A stretch of DNA of 64,000 nt, taken from Raillietiella orientalis (Eukaryota). A program made the position numbers and the translations under genes. Positions 24,816 through 38,800 of the stretch are shown here, piece by piece. Numbering within the stretch: the first letter of the stretch is position 1; each line of letters starts with the position of its first letter. The stretch covers positions 2,976,001 through 3,040,000 of the forward strand of contig JAYWIR010000015.1 of the NCBI GenBank assembly GCA_036172245.1, written 5' to 3'. The notes under the pieces are model-generated. The model saw only the letters and a program-made list of their open reading frames with translations. It had not been told where the DNA came from and ran no database searches.

Positions 24816-27800
24816 GTCTAATACGTGTATGCGCGTTCGAGCTGTGCGCGCTTCTGCTCCACTGAGGATTCTCCTGTTCGGAGGTCTCCTGTCTTAGGAA
24901 GCCAGGAAGTCTCTAGGCGTCGGAAGAAGGTCAACGCAAAAGGGACAAAGAGAAACAGACGCGTTTCTTGGCATCCCTTCAGAGAGAGGGGTGCTCAGGG
25001 AAAGCTGTGACGCGAAGCAACGGCGTCCCTCCTGGAACGGTGGGCTCTTTTCTGGGTGCGAGAAGTCTTCGTCCTGAGGCCGCGATGTTTCCCTGTCGCA
25101 ACGAGTCCCACCGGCCGGAAACCGCCCTGCTAGGAGAGTCCCGGCAAGTCCACTGAGCATGCGAGGGTTTCTCCTCCTCCCTCCTCCTCCTCTCTCTCTC
25201 TTTTTGAAAGGCTCTCCTCTTCCAAGAGTGGACCTCGTCGTACGGGAGCAGACGAGGGTCACCCGGGTCTTTTGTGGAGCGAGTCCGAGACGAGCCACGG
25301 GGGTTTCCTCGAATACTCCTTGGGCTCCCGTGCCCGTTGTCGAACCTCCGGTCATTTCCGGAAGGTTCGGGACGCCTCTTCGCGCGACCAGGAGGTGCGC
25401 GGAAAACATCGGGAGCTGCCCGTGTGGCGCGCGCATGAAAGTGGGTTCCACACGCAGAACGGGAACCCGAAACTTGCTGAAGTTTCTGGCGATCGTGGGG
25501 AAGGAAGAGGCGCTCCAAAAGGCAGATGGCGGCGTGGCCTGGAAGGCAGAGACAAACGGCGCCCTTTCCCGCCCGTACGAACTGCGCACCCACGCATGCG
25601 CGGAACGGCCTTGGCTTCCCGATGGCCTCTCCTACTCTCTCGCTCTTACCACTGTCCCTCCCCCACTCTCGCACGCATGCACGCAGCTGTTCCCATTGAA
25701 TCCTTGGAAAGATGGGGGGTGGAGACCCCGCCATCTTGCCGAGCACGGCGTTTCCAGGCTTTCACGAAGCGCCTACTCTCGAAATCCTCCCAATCACGGG
25801 CGATTTCCATATTCGGCGACCTGCCGGGCCCATTCTCCCCTCTGGTCTCCCGCCGCCGCTTCGCCCTCCACCTCAGAGTCCAGCGCCCACCAGTCGAGGA
25901 CCTGCGTCGTGCCTTGTGGTGCCTCGTGATCGTCCCACCCACGCGCCAGCCAGCCTTCAGCTCAATGCACCTTTCCTGCCCTCTCGGTGACGACCAGCCC
26001 CACCGAAGGGGTGAAATGCGCGCGCGCTATGCCGGATGCATACCCACGCGTTGACAACATCTCTCGTCTTCCAGGACTTCCGGGACTCGCGCATACCTGG
26101 GTAGGGGTGGGGTAGTGGTGGGTCCTTCCTCCTCTTGGTCATGCGTGGCTGCAGATGGGACTGCCGTCGTCTCCCTGAACCGAACGCAAGCACCCGGGTG
26201 CGCCCGAGTGCGCGTGCGCGTGCACCCCATGCCAAAGAAGGCGATTCCTTCGTCTCGAGTTTCGTCACCGGGAAACGGAACGCGACGGTTGGTTTCCATG
26301 GCAGCGGCAATGAGGAGGGGAACCGACGAGGCGGAAGCGGAGGAGGAGAAGGTGAAGGAGGCCGTGGCGGAAATCCGCCGGTGGGCCACCCTCAACGCAT
26401 CCACTCGGGCAGGCTGGCGGAAGACGAGCATCGGTTCCAAGGCGCAGCGACCTTCCGTCCCACGGGAGGACTCTAGAGGAGCAGGGAAGCCGTAGGGGTC
26501 TTCCTCTCCCGGAGAGGGAGGGAGTCAGTGGGGAGGAGAGGAACTCCCCCAGAAGGAAGAGAGCAGCGCGAGAGTCCCCATCGACCCTGGAGACTAAAGC
26601 TGCTGCTCCTCGGTTCGCGGAGGAGTTATCGTGCCGGCCGCAACCTCGGCGACGACCCGGACAGCAGCTCCTTCGCGTGGGGGAGGCTTCCTGCTTGTGT
26701 CATCGAGAGGAGGAGGAGGGTGAGGGCGGTGAGGAAAGGAAATCCGCGCACCGTCTTCCCGGGTCGAACTCTGAGAGGCCGGCTTTCTGCCCTGCGGTGC
26801 TTCGCTTGCTGCGCGCACCAGGCGGAGCGAGAGGGCGAAAGCGTGGGAGAGTGGGCGCGAAGGCTGCCCGCCCACGAGAGCCCGTGGTCCAGAAAGCGGA
26901 CGCAGGCTTCGCGCTGCGTGTTCTGATGGGAAGGATCTCCCGTGAGTGAGGAGTTCTGGAACGGGGGACAAGGGGGCGGTTCCCTCCCCCCCTTATCAGA
27001 TGGGATCGGGGGGTCGGAGCACGGGATTCCCCTTATCTCTCTCTCTCCACCTCGCGCTCTCCCTGAGAGGTGGGTGGACGATGAGAGTCCTTCGGTCACG
27101 TCGCGCGCCTCTCGACCCCGACAGCCGCGCGTGACCTCTTTCCCGTACGAGCGCGTCTATCCCGAGAAGTCCAGGGGGTGGTTCCTCTGTCCGGGGGTAG
27201 GCGGCTCGAGGAACACCCTGGACTCCTTGCTCCGCCCGCAGCGCTCGCCTACATCTCGTCCTTTTGGGGGAAGTCTCTCCCCACTCCAGGAGATGAGCAC
27301 CCGTACGGCTTCCCTGATTCCCTAGGGTTCCACACGCTTGCATGAGGATGCTGGAAGCGGAGAAGCACCTCGAGAGCCTTCGTTCCTGGCCGTTCATCCC
27401 CCCCATCTGGGTGGAAACCTCTGGGAGACGCCTTGCCCTGCGGGAGACCCGAGCACGGAATCGCTCTCTTCGCGCGCCAAGGTTCCTCTTCTAGAAAAGT
27501 CGCGGCGACCCGCGGGCACTTCTCCTGCGGGCGTCCCTCCCACCGTTCTGTCTCGGGAGCTCCTTCCTGCGTCCAGCGGCACGGCTCCAGGTTCCCTCCC
27601 CCCTTTCCCCCGCTCCACCCGCGCCGCGGTTCTTCGGGGTTGGGGTTTGTCGTCACTGCCCGTCGCCTCTCTGGAGCTCCGGCTCGCTCCTACTGGGAAA
27701 AGATGGCACGCTCCCGCTGTGGAGGTGCGTCCTCCTGACGGCCTCTCGTGCGTGGGGCGAGGGCAGGGTGCACCCCCTTCCTGATCCTGTCCGGGAGGCA

Positions 27801-28186
27801 CGATCTTCCCCTCTTCCCACGCGCAGCTCGGGTGGGAGTCCGCCTCGAGGTGCCCGCGGGACTGGAAGCGGGAAGAGGGAATGGGAAGGTCCCGGTTCCC
27901 TGCACAGCAGTAGCGAAAGATTGAGCGTGTCAGGTGAAGTTCCGACGCGGGTCCCGAGCGGAAGGCATCTTTTCGCCCGGTCCTTGCGGACAGCGCTTCC
28001 CTTTTCCACCTGCACGCACTCAGGGAGGAGGACGGGAAGAGCAAACAAGCGAGCAGACGTGGCGCCACGGATGGGGAGGAGCTCGACCAGGAACGCCCCA
28101 TCCGGGATTTCGCCGCTGCGTTCGCCAGCGGGCGCGCTCGCACCTTGCGTTCCTCTTGCGTTCTGTTGGGTGGCGCACACTCTCCA

Positions 28187-30836
28187 GGACACCTACTCAT
28201 CGGAACGCAAGAGGCAGGCAGGCGAAGGGGCTCTTCGGTGTTGCAGCAGGAGGGCTGTCGGTCAGGAGACGGCAAGCAGGGTCGGCGGAGAATCTCGACC
28301 AGCGACTCTTTCTACCCAGGGAAGCTTCAGGCGGGGAATAGCGTTCAGGAGCAGGGAGCAGCACCGCCACTGCCGCACGCAAGCGTGTCTTCCGGTGAGC
28401 GAGAAGAGCTCCACCAGCGCTCGGGGAGACGTTGGGGGGTGTCAGTGAGGGAACAAGAAGTCCCACTGGTACTCGTAGTAGCGGCTTTGCCTGGGATCTT
28501 CGCGCCGGACGTTCCAATGGCCCACTCGCCCTCCTGTCCTGGCGTCACCACGTAGTTCCCACTCCCCTGAGGAGCCGAGCTTCGCGAACGGCTCACCAGG
28601 GCCCGCTTCTCAGAGACCCCTCAGGAGCGCAACCTGGCCCGCGCAGCAAGAGGAAGCACTCTCCCTTTTCCGTAGGTTTCTGGGCACGCGGGACCGTGGG
28701 CGGTTCCCGGAAAGCGTGGAATCTTCGCAGCCATCAGTGCGGACGGATTGACCCGGGTCTGCAGATGGCAGTGGCTGCTTCTGGCGGCGCGAGGGGGGAG
28801 GGGAACCTCGGAACTATCGGGAAGGAACCGTTGGCTCCTTTCGGCCGCTGGTACGCATCACTGTGCTTTCTAGTCCCGGCTCCAGAGTCTGCCTCGCTTT
28901 TTCTCGTCCGTTGACCGGTTTCCTGGGAAGCTCGCCGGACTTTCTCCTTGCTGGGCGTCCTCCGCCGCCTGAGAGAGAGGTTGTGATCTCCAAGACGGAA
29001 GAGGAAGGCATGGCTGCCGCCCAAGGAAGCTCCTCTGCTCTCTCTAGAGGTGCGACGAAACATCCCAAACCGGGAAGCGGAGCGAAAAAGGATTTCGAAT
29101 GGACAGGGTCGTCACCCGGTTTCCTACCGTTCCTTCCCGAAGGATGTAGACCCCTTGTAAATTATAATCGCGGCGAGGTTGGTCTATCCCGTCTTTATTC
29201 AGTTACTGATCGATCCTCCTCTGCTCTCTCGTAAGTTGCGCCTCCAGTGAAGTTCCAGCCCCTCCGTTTTTCTGTTTCCTTTTGGCAGTCTTATTTATTT
29301 ATTATGTATTCATTCATTCCAAGGGAATGTTCCTGCACTCCCGGACGGCTTTCCTGCGCAAGAGAAGGGGATCTCAGTGCTGGAAAACTCCATCCGTTCC
29401 TCTTGCCCGTGGACCCAGAGGTGCAATGCGGGCTGCTGGTCACAGGCAAGTGCGACGTGTCCTCCACGAGTTCGCACCATCACGACGGTTGTTTGACCGC
29501 CACCACTAGAAGGAAGCGTGTTCTTCCCTCCTGCCCTCCCTCCCCGTGGAAAGAATCGTCTTGAGAAGTGGGAAGGGGCACGTGGTGGGCAGTCTATTTC
29601 TTCCAAGTCTTTGGAACTGAGGTGGAAGCCGTTCGCTTGTCCGAAAAGGACGCGTTGCTGTCCCTCCGAAACCATTGGCCTTCTTAATCGACTCCGATCC
29701 TTTCTGACTGCAAAGAAGGATCATCGCTGGGCACGGAAGTTCCAAAGCCACCCTTCCCCATGAGCGGCGCGCGAAGATGGACGCTCGTGAACGTCCATTA
29801 GGCATCATCGAAAACTGCGCATCTTTCTGCGGGCGGCTGGAGATTCCAAGTGCGCATTGCTTTTGGAGTCGTCTGCCCTGGGGGGTTTCCGAAAAGAGAA
29901 CGTGACGGAGTTCTTTGGAAAGAAAGCAAGGAAATAAATAAAAAAAAAAAAAGGAAACGGCGTGGAGGGGAACATTTCTGTTCGGGACCTTCGTACGGGA
30001 TCCCGGGTTCGTCGCGACGACCAGAGGGAGCGCGAAACGTTTGTCTTAAATGGAGGAATGGGGACGCTAGAGGCCGTGCGGCCGAACACCACGTCGCACA
30101 CCAGCCTACGGGAGCGTTTCTCATGGGTTTCAACAGCTCCTGGCTAAGATGGGAGCTTCAGCCCGGGAGAGCGTGGTTTGCAGCCACGTTCTCCCTCGAC
30201 GGCCACGTGATCGCCGAGCGCGCACTCTACTGAAAATGTGAGGTACCACGTGCTCCCTATCTGTTCCCCGTTGGGCATCAGCATCGAAAAGCTCTGATGC
30301 GTGATTGCCCAACAGCTGGTTTATTGTTCCGCGTAGGTGACACGCCTCTCTCCCATGGGCGACAACTGCCCGGGTGCTTTGCAGTGTACTTTGCGGTTGG
30401 TCAGCTTTGATCAAAGCAGCAGAGCAGGGCTCCATGAGAACCGTGCGTGTCAGATCGCATCTGTCTGTCTCAACGAGCCTCTTGTACTGGTCGCGAGCGG
30501 CTGCGCAGAAAAAACCCTGGGATACGCCGAAAGATACCGACCGAAGCGCACTCGCCGTCTCGTCATGACGGCTTCCTACGATACGGATCGCAGCCTCTGG
30601 AGGCTTCCGGTTTGCAAAAGCAGGAATCCATCACCAAATGGCAATTCTTTTTTTCCTTTTCCCTATCCATAAACGCCGAGGTGTACGCACGCCGCGGCGG
30701 AAGTTTATTTCGAAATTTGTTACAACACGCTCCCTTATCTGACTTTGCAGGAGGTTGGTGAATCTCATTTTCCGCGTACCGTACTCAGACGAGTCCTCCA
30801 AAGCGACCACGGCAAGACTTTTGCGACCCGAGCAAG
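28187..30836 (+). pseudogene. degenerate multi-exon WD40-repeat (beta-propeller) gene remnant
   Basis: Same-strand fragments: GHLLIGTQE (28187), FAWDLRAG (28486-28509), VSGHAGPWAVPGKRGIFAAISADGLTRVCRW (28676-28768), FSLDGHVIA/SAHSTENVR (30189-30242, frameshifted), IASVCLNEPLVLVASGCAEKTL...LVMTASYDTDRSLWRL (30454-30606), VLQSDHGKTFATRA (30751-30836). Several are bounded by ag/gt sites; stops and frameshifts intervene. Confidence 0.45.
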
Positions 30837-33800
30837 GTACGCACGAAGCGAGTCAGAGAGAGAAAGGAGAAGAGGTAGCTGTGCACAAAGGTTCTTCAGT
30901 CTCGTGGCGGTGATCATCAGTGGGGCCATTTTGGAACACAGGAAATAGGGCATGGAGTCGATGGCAACTGTAAGCACCGTGCACACGAGGAATTTTCCGA
31001 AATTCCATTAGATGAGATTTCCATAAAACAAACAAATGGAAAGAAAGGCAACTGAAGACAAAGAGAGAGAGAGAGAGGTACAGAGGCAAGAGAGAGAGGT
31101 AGGGGAAAGGGAACACTTCTGGATACACGAAAATTTGTACACGGAAGCAAACCACCCTCAGCCCAACTTCCTTTCCTGCCAATGTTGCTTATCCCGTCGC
31201 ACCAGTCCCACTGCCTTTTGCTACCACCCGTGCCTGCGCGGCGGCCACGCCGCCGTGTTGCAGGAAACGGAATGCGCGCTGCGTACGCCTTGGCGCAGCT
31301 TCCGTAGAAGCAATCCCGGGAATCCGATCCTCGAACAAAGAAATGCCGTCGGAGAATCGAAGAATCGTCACAAGAAAGACTCAACCTGCGATGAATAATT
31401 TATTAGCGGACAGGGAAACCACAGCGTTTGTTTTCTGTTTTGCTTGGATTTGCTCGAGGGATGTACATCAGGGTTCACGAATTTCGGGTTTGGCACGCAA
31501 GGAATTTCGTTAAGGTTTGCACATTCCCGGTTTGCTTATGAAAACGTAACCAAGTAGTGCGGGACATTCGGTGAAAGCCTTTCTGAATTGGCCGATAACA
31601 TTCCGTGTTAAATATTTGAAGAAATAAAAAACCGAAACCGTCTACTTGCGAGATACAGCTATTTTAACCTCTTCTCCTCCGCCACCCCCTTGATTGTGCG
31701 TCCAAGTCCTGCCATCTATTCACCGTTTCCGTAACTCCTGGTTGCGGAAGCGTCATCAGGGATACCAGAAACCAATCCTTGGAAATTCATATCGAAACAA
31801 TTCAGCGTTTGAGTGTGCGTGGCTTCGTACACTATCGTGGCGGTCAGCGATGCGCCCATGAAAACACACTATAACCCCGTATTGCGGGAACTGTTAGATA
31901 AAAGTTTCATATCCGCATGAGAATAGCTCAATTCGTCTCACCAAAGGCAAGCGATTGTTTTTGTACCCGCAACGAACGCGGGAAGTTGACTCGAAACTTT
32001 GTCCCCCCGGATTTAGCTTGAAACTGAATTCACGAATCGAAATAAAAGGTCGTTCTTTCTAATAGCCCGGCTAAATCTGTAGGCATCCTCATTTAATGTG
32101 AGTGTTCTCTGGTACGAACGTGCGGTCCGCTCCCGAGCGCGCGCACATACATAACGCGTGCTTCCAAACGACTCCTCTCATGCTGAATGCAGCGTCATGT
32201 GCACCATCACCTCCAGAATTTTTACTGGAATTGGTTTTTGTTTTTTTTCTCTTCTTTGCATGCCAAGAATGCACTGCATCTGCTGCTAGATTAGGACCGC
32301 GCGCGCGCATCCCAAATACCCATATATCGAAACACACACACAAAAACACACAAAAAAGGAGGAAGGGAAGGGTTACAGTACGATTCCCGATGCATGTAGT
32401 AGTACAATGTGTGTGTAGTGACGCAGGGTTTCCTGTAAGCATCAAACGGGATGACTTGCTTGTCACATAGGCAAGCGACAACATTCCGTTGCATACCCAT
32501 CCCGTTTTCTCATTCTCCACGCGACTGTATCAAGGCTCTCATCTGGCGCTGGTGGCACCGGGGTTGCGAGCCTCGAGCTCGAACGGGAGGGGGAACCACA
32601 GGTTGTAGCGGCTGCGCTCTTCACGCCAGCGATCATCATACCTACCATTCTGCTTACTTCCCGTTTTGGTCCGAATATAAGGCGAACCCCTGACGTTAGT
32701 CATGTGGAAAGAAGGGATCATCTCTGAAGAGAGAGAGAGAGAGAGAAGGAGGGATAGGGAGGCGAGGGGGGGGGGAGGGGAGAAGGGAGAGGAAAGAAAA
32801 CAAAAGAAACAGAAGCACCGATACTTCCGTATAAATCTCCGTTCCCATCCTTGCACAGATACGTGGCAGCTCGGAGAGATCAGCACGAGGGAACCCCGTG
32901 CCACCCAATGTATTTTTAGGCGTTAAATAAGGAACTTCCCGAGTGTCACCTACTGAGCGTTGGGAATGACGGATTTGCCGAAAATGCACCTCCACCGTTC
33001 GATTTCGAGAGCGGGAAAGACGCGAGGAGGGGGGAAGGGGGAACGCTCATCTCGAATTCGGGTCAGTGAGGTTATATTGGGGCCTAACGCAAGGAGGTGG
33101 GAGGAGAGCCTGGATGGGAAAGCGTCTGCTCTTCTTTCCACCTCTGCACGGAGTGGCCGCAGCGCGTGCGAGTCGCCTCAGGGGGATGCTGGGAGGATCG
33201 CCGAGCGCGCGCCGTTTCGGGCGTGAACCCGGGACCCCCTCAACTGCAACTGCTCGCGGATCCCTGCGCAGTACCCTCCCCCCCTCCATGCGGGGCTGAA
33301 CGCGCGCGCGCCAACACCCTCGGTCTGCACACTGCGCAGTGTGCGCGTTCCCTCCCCGCCTACCCGCGATAGCCAGAAAGGAAAGAAAACCTCCCTCAGC
33401 ATCCCGTGATCTGGATGAGAATGGGAAGCGCGGGAGAGACCACCCAAGAATGAAAACAGGCACATCTCGAATTCTCCATTCCCCTGAGTCGCTTGCCCGG
33501 AATCAGGCCGGCCGGCAGCGTTCCCACATGCTCCCTGGAATATATCTCGGGCCCGCGCAGGGTTGCTGTCTTTCTAGAGCCTGAGGACTTCCCGAACCTG
33601 CCGGTCGGAGCGCCTCCATGGTTGCTGCGAGATATCGAGGGAGCGGGGGACCGGCTGGTCCCTCGTTTCCGGACGGCCCGGAACGAGGGAGGAAGCGGGA
33701 ACCTGTGAAGGAGCGACGCCGGCCACATCGTCCCACCCTCTTAGGTTACGTGGGCGGAGGTTTCTGGAGCGGTTCTTCCCACCTGTGCGCGCGTTCCCCG

Positions 33801-35069
33801 GGAGCGCGGGTCGTCCTCCCGGGACGCCGCCCTCACACAACCGCCTGACGCGTCGCGGAATATCCACGGACGGCCCCGGGGAGAATCTCGCGCGGATCTA
33901 CCGCGCGCCCCAGCTTCCCGTCTGCTGGCCCAGCCTCTCGCGCGTCGTCGTGGCGGTGTGGTGCTGGAAGGGAGCCACGGCCAGCTCTCGTGGACGCCCG
34001 TCTGCCACGGGCGCGAAACAGCGCTCCCGAAGACATCAGTACCGCCGCGCGTTGGCAGCCGGGTGGTTGCGAGATGTGGCTCCGAATCCCGCCCGGGAGA
34101 GAGTTGCCGGAATCCTCCGTTGACTGGCTGGCTGGGATTGGGAGTTGACCTTCCGGAGTCCTTCCAAGAATTGAAGGAGTCCCTCAGTTGTGCAAATGGT
34201 GCCGTCCCTCTCCTCCCTCAGGGAGGGACGAGTAGCATGGAGCCGGTTGATACCCCTCTCGGGGGTTTGCCTCTCCCGAGGGCTGCTCCCTTTGGGGAGT
34301 GTCCTCCAGAGAAATCGGGAAGCGTCCTTTCTATCAGAGTAGGAAACAAGGGAAAGCGGTCCCCTCCGGAGGGTCCCTCCGGAGAGAACAAAGGGCAGGT
34401 TCTCTTCGGGGTTCCCTCTCAAGCGTGAGAGGAACACGGGCCCATTCCTCCGGAGCCCTTTCTGGATTCATGGGGCGGTCCCATCCCTGGATACCCTCCC
34501 CATCTTGAAGAGTTCGCACACACTATCGGATGGCGTGCTCATCTTCAAAGAGCTTCGTGTCCCCCCCCTCCCCCGCATCCCCAAAATAAAAATCCGAATA
34601 GACGAGGGGCAGGACGCAGGTGTTCTCGCCCTCCTGGTCCGGGGAGAGGCGTCCTACGCGGGGCACACCGAGCAGGTTCCTGAGTCCTCGGGACGGGAGC
34701 GGGGTGTGCAGGAGAAAAAAAAGCCCTTGCGGCTCTGCCGCAGGAGTAGCAAGCGACTGCTTCCCGCGGCGCGAGAACGCGGGAGGGCAGAGCCAGCTGG
34801 CGGCGAGGGTTAGTTCCTGGAGCTCTCCTTGAGTGCGGGGAGGAGCCCCTGCGAGCGCGGTGGCGGCTTCCCCGGCAACGCAGGGCTGATCCCGAAACAT
34901 CTCCAGGTGATCCCGAGATGCCCTGCGGAGGGGGAGAGAGGGTTGGGATGGGGGGGATTTCTCTTGAGTTGGCTGGGTCCGACCTAATGCGCTCCGAGGT
35001 CTCCCGCCAACGGATGCGCGGGAGGCAACTGAAAGTGTCGTCAGTAAAGGAAACGCCAAGTCAAATAAC

Positions 35070-35880
35070 CATGGCGGTGCTGCTACCACTACTACTACTA
35101 TCACGAATAATGATAATAATAATAATACGGAGAATAACAATGCCTCCAGTGCTAGTAGCACTGATACAAATATCAGTTATTACAGAATGACAGCTCCAGT
35201 GTGAATAACGACAAACATTACTTCTACCACTACTGTTGGCAGTGACACGAATACCAACAGTAGTCTGCTGCTGATGGTAAGAATACTTCCACTACCAGTA
35301 GTAGCCGCAGTGCTGCTACTTCTGCCCCTAACAGTAGTAATACGTTAACGCAATCATGAATTACTATTAGTGTTCATGTATGATAACATTGCTTTACGAA
35401 TAATGTTCATATATATCCACCGTACTATATTATTAATAGCATTATTATTATTATCACTAAGAGTACCATTAGTAGCGTTTATATGCCATCTTCAATAGAA
35501 ACCACTGCTGTAATGATATAGGAGGCTAGGAGGCAGGATTATTTAGTAATGTCATTAATAACAGCGTCATTATAATGTAATGATATATAGTAATTCTATG
35601 ATATTATGCGTCAATACTATCACGCCAGATCTCCATACTAATACCGTTATTTCATAATAATGCTGGCAGGAATAACACCACCGTTACTAACAATAATAGT
35701 AACAATACCAACACATATAATAACAACAATACGACATATACAAGAGATAGTTGTAACAACAACAGTGATAACTCTAAAAACGAAAATGCCTTTACTAATA
35801 ATACCAATGTCAATAATACCATAAAGGAATAATAATGATGGCTGCGCTACTACGACAAACAGCAGCAACCCTAGTAACGA
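35070..35880. repeat. AT-rich low-complexity island of degenerate trinucleotide repeats (ACT/AAT/AGT/AAC)
   Basis: Runs such as ctactactactac, aataataataat, attattattatt and aacaacaacag, with sharp edges against GC-rich flanks. Confidence 0.85.
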
Positions 35881-38800
35881 CCGCCGAGTGGTCCTCGCGC
35901 GTTCTTCCGTGCTTGCCAACGCGCCGATGCCCACGGGCAGGCGGCGGTCACCCACAGGCGAGAGATCTTGGAGGGGGCGTTACCGTCACCGGAGAGCGAG
36001 GGACTCCCGAAGCGCCCTCCGGAAGGGCGGCGATGCTCCTGGGGGAAGGCCAGGAGCACCAGAGCAGACCGTCCGGACGGGTAGGCCGAGACGGCGAACG
36101 GGACGGAGCGAGATTGTCCTCCGCGCTGCTGCCGTCGCTCTTGCCTCTCCAGGGAGAGGGATCCGTCGACAGGCAGCTTCCGGAGAGGACAGGGAGTCGC
36201 GGCCTAAGGTTGAGGGGGGGGGGGATTCTTTTTTCCTGCTGCCGTCGTGGACAGGAAACTGGAGATTTCGGGAAGTCCGAAGAGGCTCATGAAATCAGGA
36301 GGAGGAGGAGGGAGTGAAACGATCGCAGCGCCTTCCTGCTCGACCGGGAAATGCTGTAAGCGCGCGCACGCTCGCCCCAACTCGGGTTTGAGGCGTGCGG
36401 ATCGTTGACAGCGGGTCTCGGGCACGTGTAAACGGGAACGCGTGGGTCGGGAGTCTCGACTCGGAACCCAAAGGGACGCCGTCCTTTGACCGGAAGGCGG
36501 TCTCTGGAACGCGCGCGTCCTTTCCTGCCGGCTCCCTGATGCCGCGGCTGGATGCGGGATGCGAGCGCGCCGGAGGGACGCCTCCGAGTCCGGGGACATA
36601 CGGCAGGGCGTTTATCCAGCCCCAGCTGTAGGAACGCGGGGGCGGCTGCAGCGTCCTTTGGGTTCCTGCCTCGGGACTGCTACCTAACCTGCTTGTCCGG
36701 TCCCATAGGACGCCATTCTCCCGAACCCGCTTCCTTCCTCCTCCTCCTCGCTCTCCTTCCCGCCGCGGTCCATGTGCTGCCGGCAAGACTGCCGAAGGCA
36801 CGCGCGCAGGCTCTCCGGGACTGCATCGTTGCGTGCGCTTTCTAAAACCTCTGGGGAGGCAGAGAGGAGAACGGAAGCTGAGACCGCCTCCTCTGTTCCC
36901 CTTTATTCTGCCCAACCATCCCGGCCAGATGCGCGTCCCCCAGCTACAAGAAGATCCTCCTGCTCTAATGCTAGTGCCTCAAAAAAAAGTCCGCGGAAAC
37001 GGGAGAGAGAGAAGAGGGCCTCAGGAGGAGGGAAGGGGCGTTCTCTCCTCCTGTAGCTCTTTCTCCAGATGGACAGTCGGGGGCATTGGTGGTTCCTCCT
37101 TAGGGGCAAAAATAGGCAAAAACTCTGCCGCGTTGGAACGTGCGCCCCGTGTGGACCCGCGTCCCGCATGTTCGAGGAGGATCTCTCCCATCCTCTTTCT
37201 TGAGTAACCTGAAGTTCCTTTTCTTTGTGTCCACTCTTCCCTTTCTTCCAGAACCGAAGAACGAAGGTTCGGCGCGTTTCACTCGACATTGACGCTCAGA
37301 CCCATCTTCCGGTCTCCATCAGAAGCTTGGAAAGCCTTCGTGTTCGAGTCTGCCCACGGTTCCTCGGAGGCGCAGCGCATGTTCGGTCTCTGACCCTTCG
37401 CTTTTCCAGACAGCGACCCGAACTCCGCATAGAGGGCATAGAGACAGGGAGGAGAGTGGTAGCAAGGCCATCGAGGAAGGTGATATGTCTGGGACTTTCC
37501 AGAAAGGGAGGGAAACCTGGAAAGAAAGCAGCGCTGAGGTGACGGTGGAGGGAATAGGAAACTGGGAAGGATATTTCAGGACGTCCAGGAGACCAACAGG
37601 AACCCTTGCGATGGGAACGGAGTGGGGATGGGAGAAGAACCTAAGAAATACCCACCCGTTCCTTGCGTCTGCATCTCTCTCGCAGTCTCCATGCCACCGA
37701 AAGCAGCCGACCGCAGGCGAAACGCGTCCCAGGGTCGCCGTTGATTCCTTCCTCTCTCCGAGCGCTCCGCGCCTCGCATCCTTTCCGCCTCCCTTTGAGC
37801 TCTCGTACAACTCAACGTCCATTGGTGCATCCCCTCGTGGTCTTTTTTGACACGGGCTCGTGGATGGGCAGATGGGAGGTGAGGAGTGGGTGGAGAAGAG
37901 ACCACGAGGGAAGATGAAAAGGAGCAAGGAGCTTCTCCGTCCCCACCCCACCCCCTCTCTGTGTTTTCCTTTCCTCCGCCCCGGTGTAGCGGCACGCAAC
38001 GCAAGGGGCTTCGCCCGTCTGTGGCCGAAGCTCTCCCCACCTCTTCGTGGAGCAAGGAGGGTCACGGGAAGGCAGGGGTTCTGCAGGACGCGCTCGCTTC
38101 AGCGGCCGTATAGGACAGGGAGTGGAGTGCACGGGACGATGGTGCTGGGGGTGGATCCTCAGATAAGATTGGGGAGTCAGAGTCGCCGGCAAGGCTGCTA
38201 CTCCATCCCTTGAGACCCTTTTCAGACCCCGGGTCAAGGCGAGGGGGAAAGCTCCGTGTCCGGGTTCATGGGGAGGTCATGCGATCAGGGAGATCGTACA
38301 GGGAGCGGCAGGTATTCCAGGAAGTGCAGCAGCGTGCGTGCTCCCTCTTTCCCCCCCTCGATGGTCCTAAGAGACGTTCTCTTGGCTGCCCACATCCTGC
38401 CACCGTGCTTTCCCGTCTTGGTGGACGCTGGAGTTCCCCCTTCCCCTTCCTCTGCTCACCCGGGGTGCCTCTCCTGACCCGTGTCCTCTGTTCCCCTGGA
38501 TTTACCAGGGGGCTCATCCCGAGCTGAAACCCGTCACTCCAGAGCATCGCGATCCCACCCGAGCAAGACGAGGCGGACTGACTCGTGCCCCGGTTGATCG
38601 TAGCAGCCTCCGGCGCCAGAGGTGGTAAAAGGTCGACGGCGGACCGCGTTGTTCCTTGGGTAGGGCTCCAGGCGCGTAAGGAACGGCTGCTGCTGCTGTA
38701 GAGATCGTCCCTGCTCTGCGCCTTCCCCCATGGGCGCCTCCTAATCCCTGGTAACCCTGGATAGGAAGACCGCGCCTGGGACACCATTCAGTCGTGCCCC

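Noticed and set aside
25440..25560. RNLLKFLAIVGKEE, resembling part of a kinase N-lobe
   Set aside because: No other kinase motifs (VAxK, HRD, DFG) in collinear order nearby.
35647..35955. Minus-strand ORFs with long hydrophobic, transmembrane-like stretches (also 34523-35161)
   Set aside because: They are translations of ATT/GTT triplet repeats in the low-complexity island.
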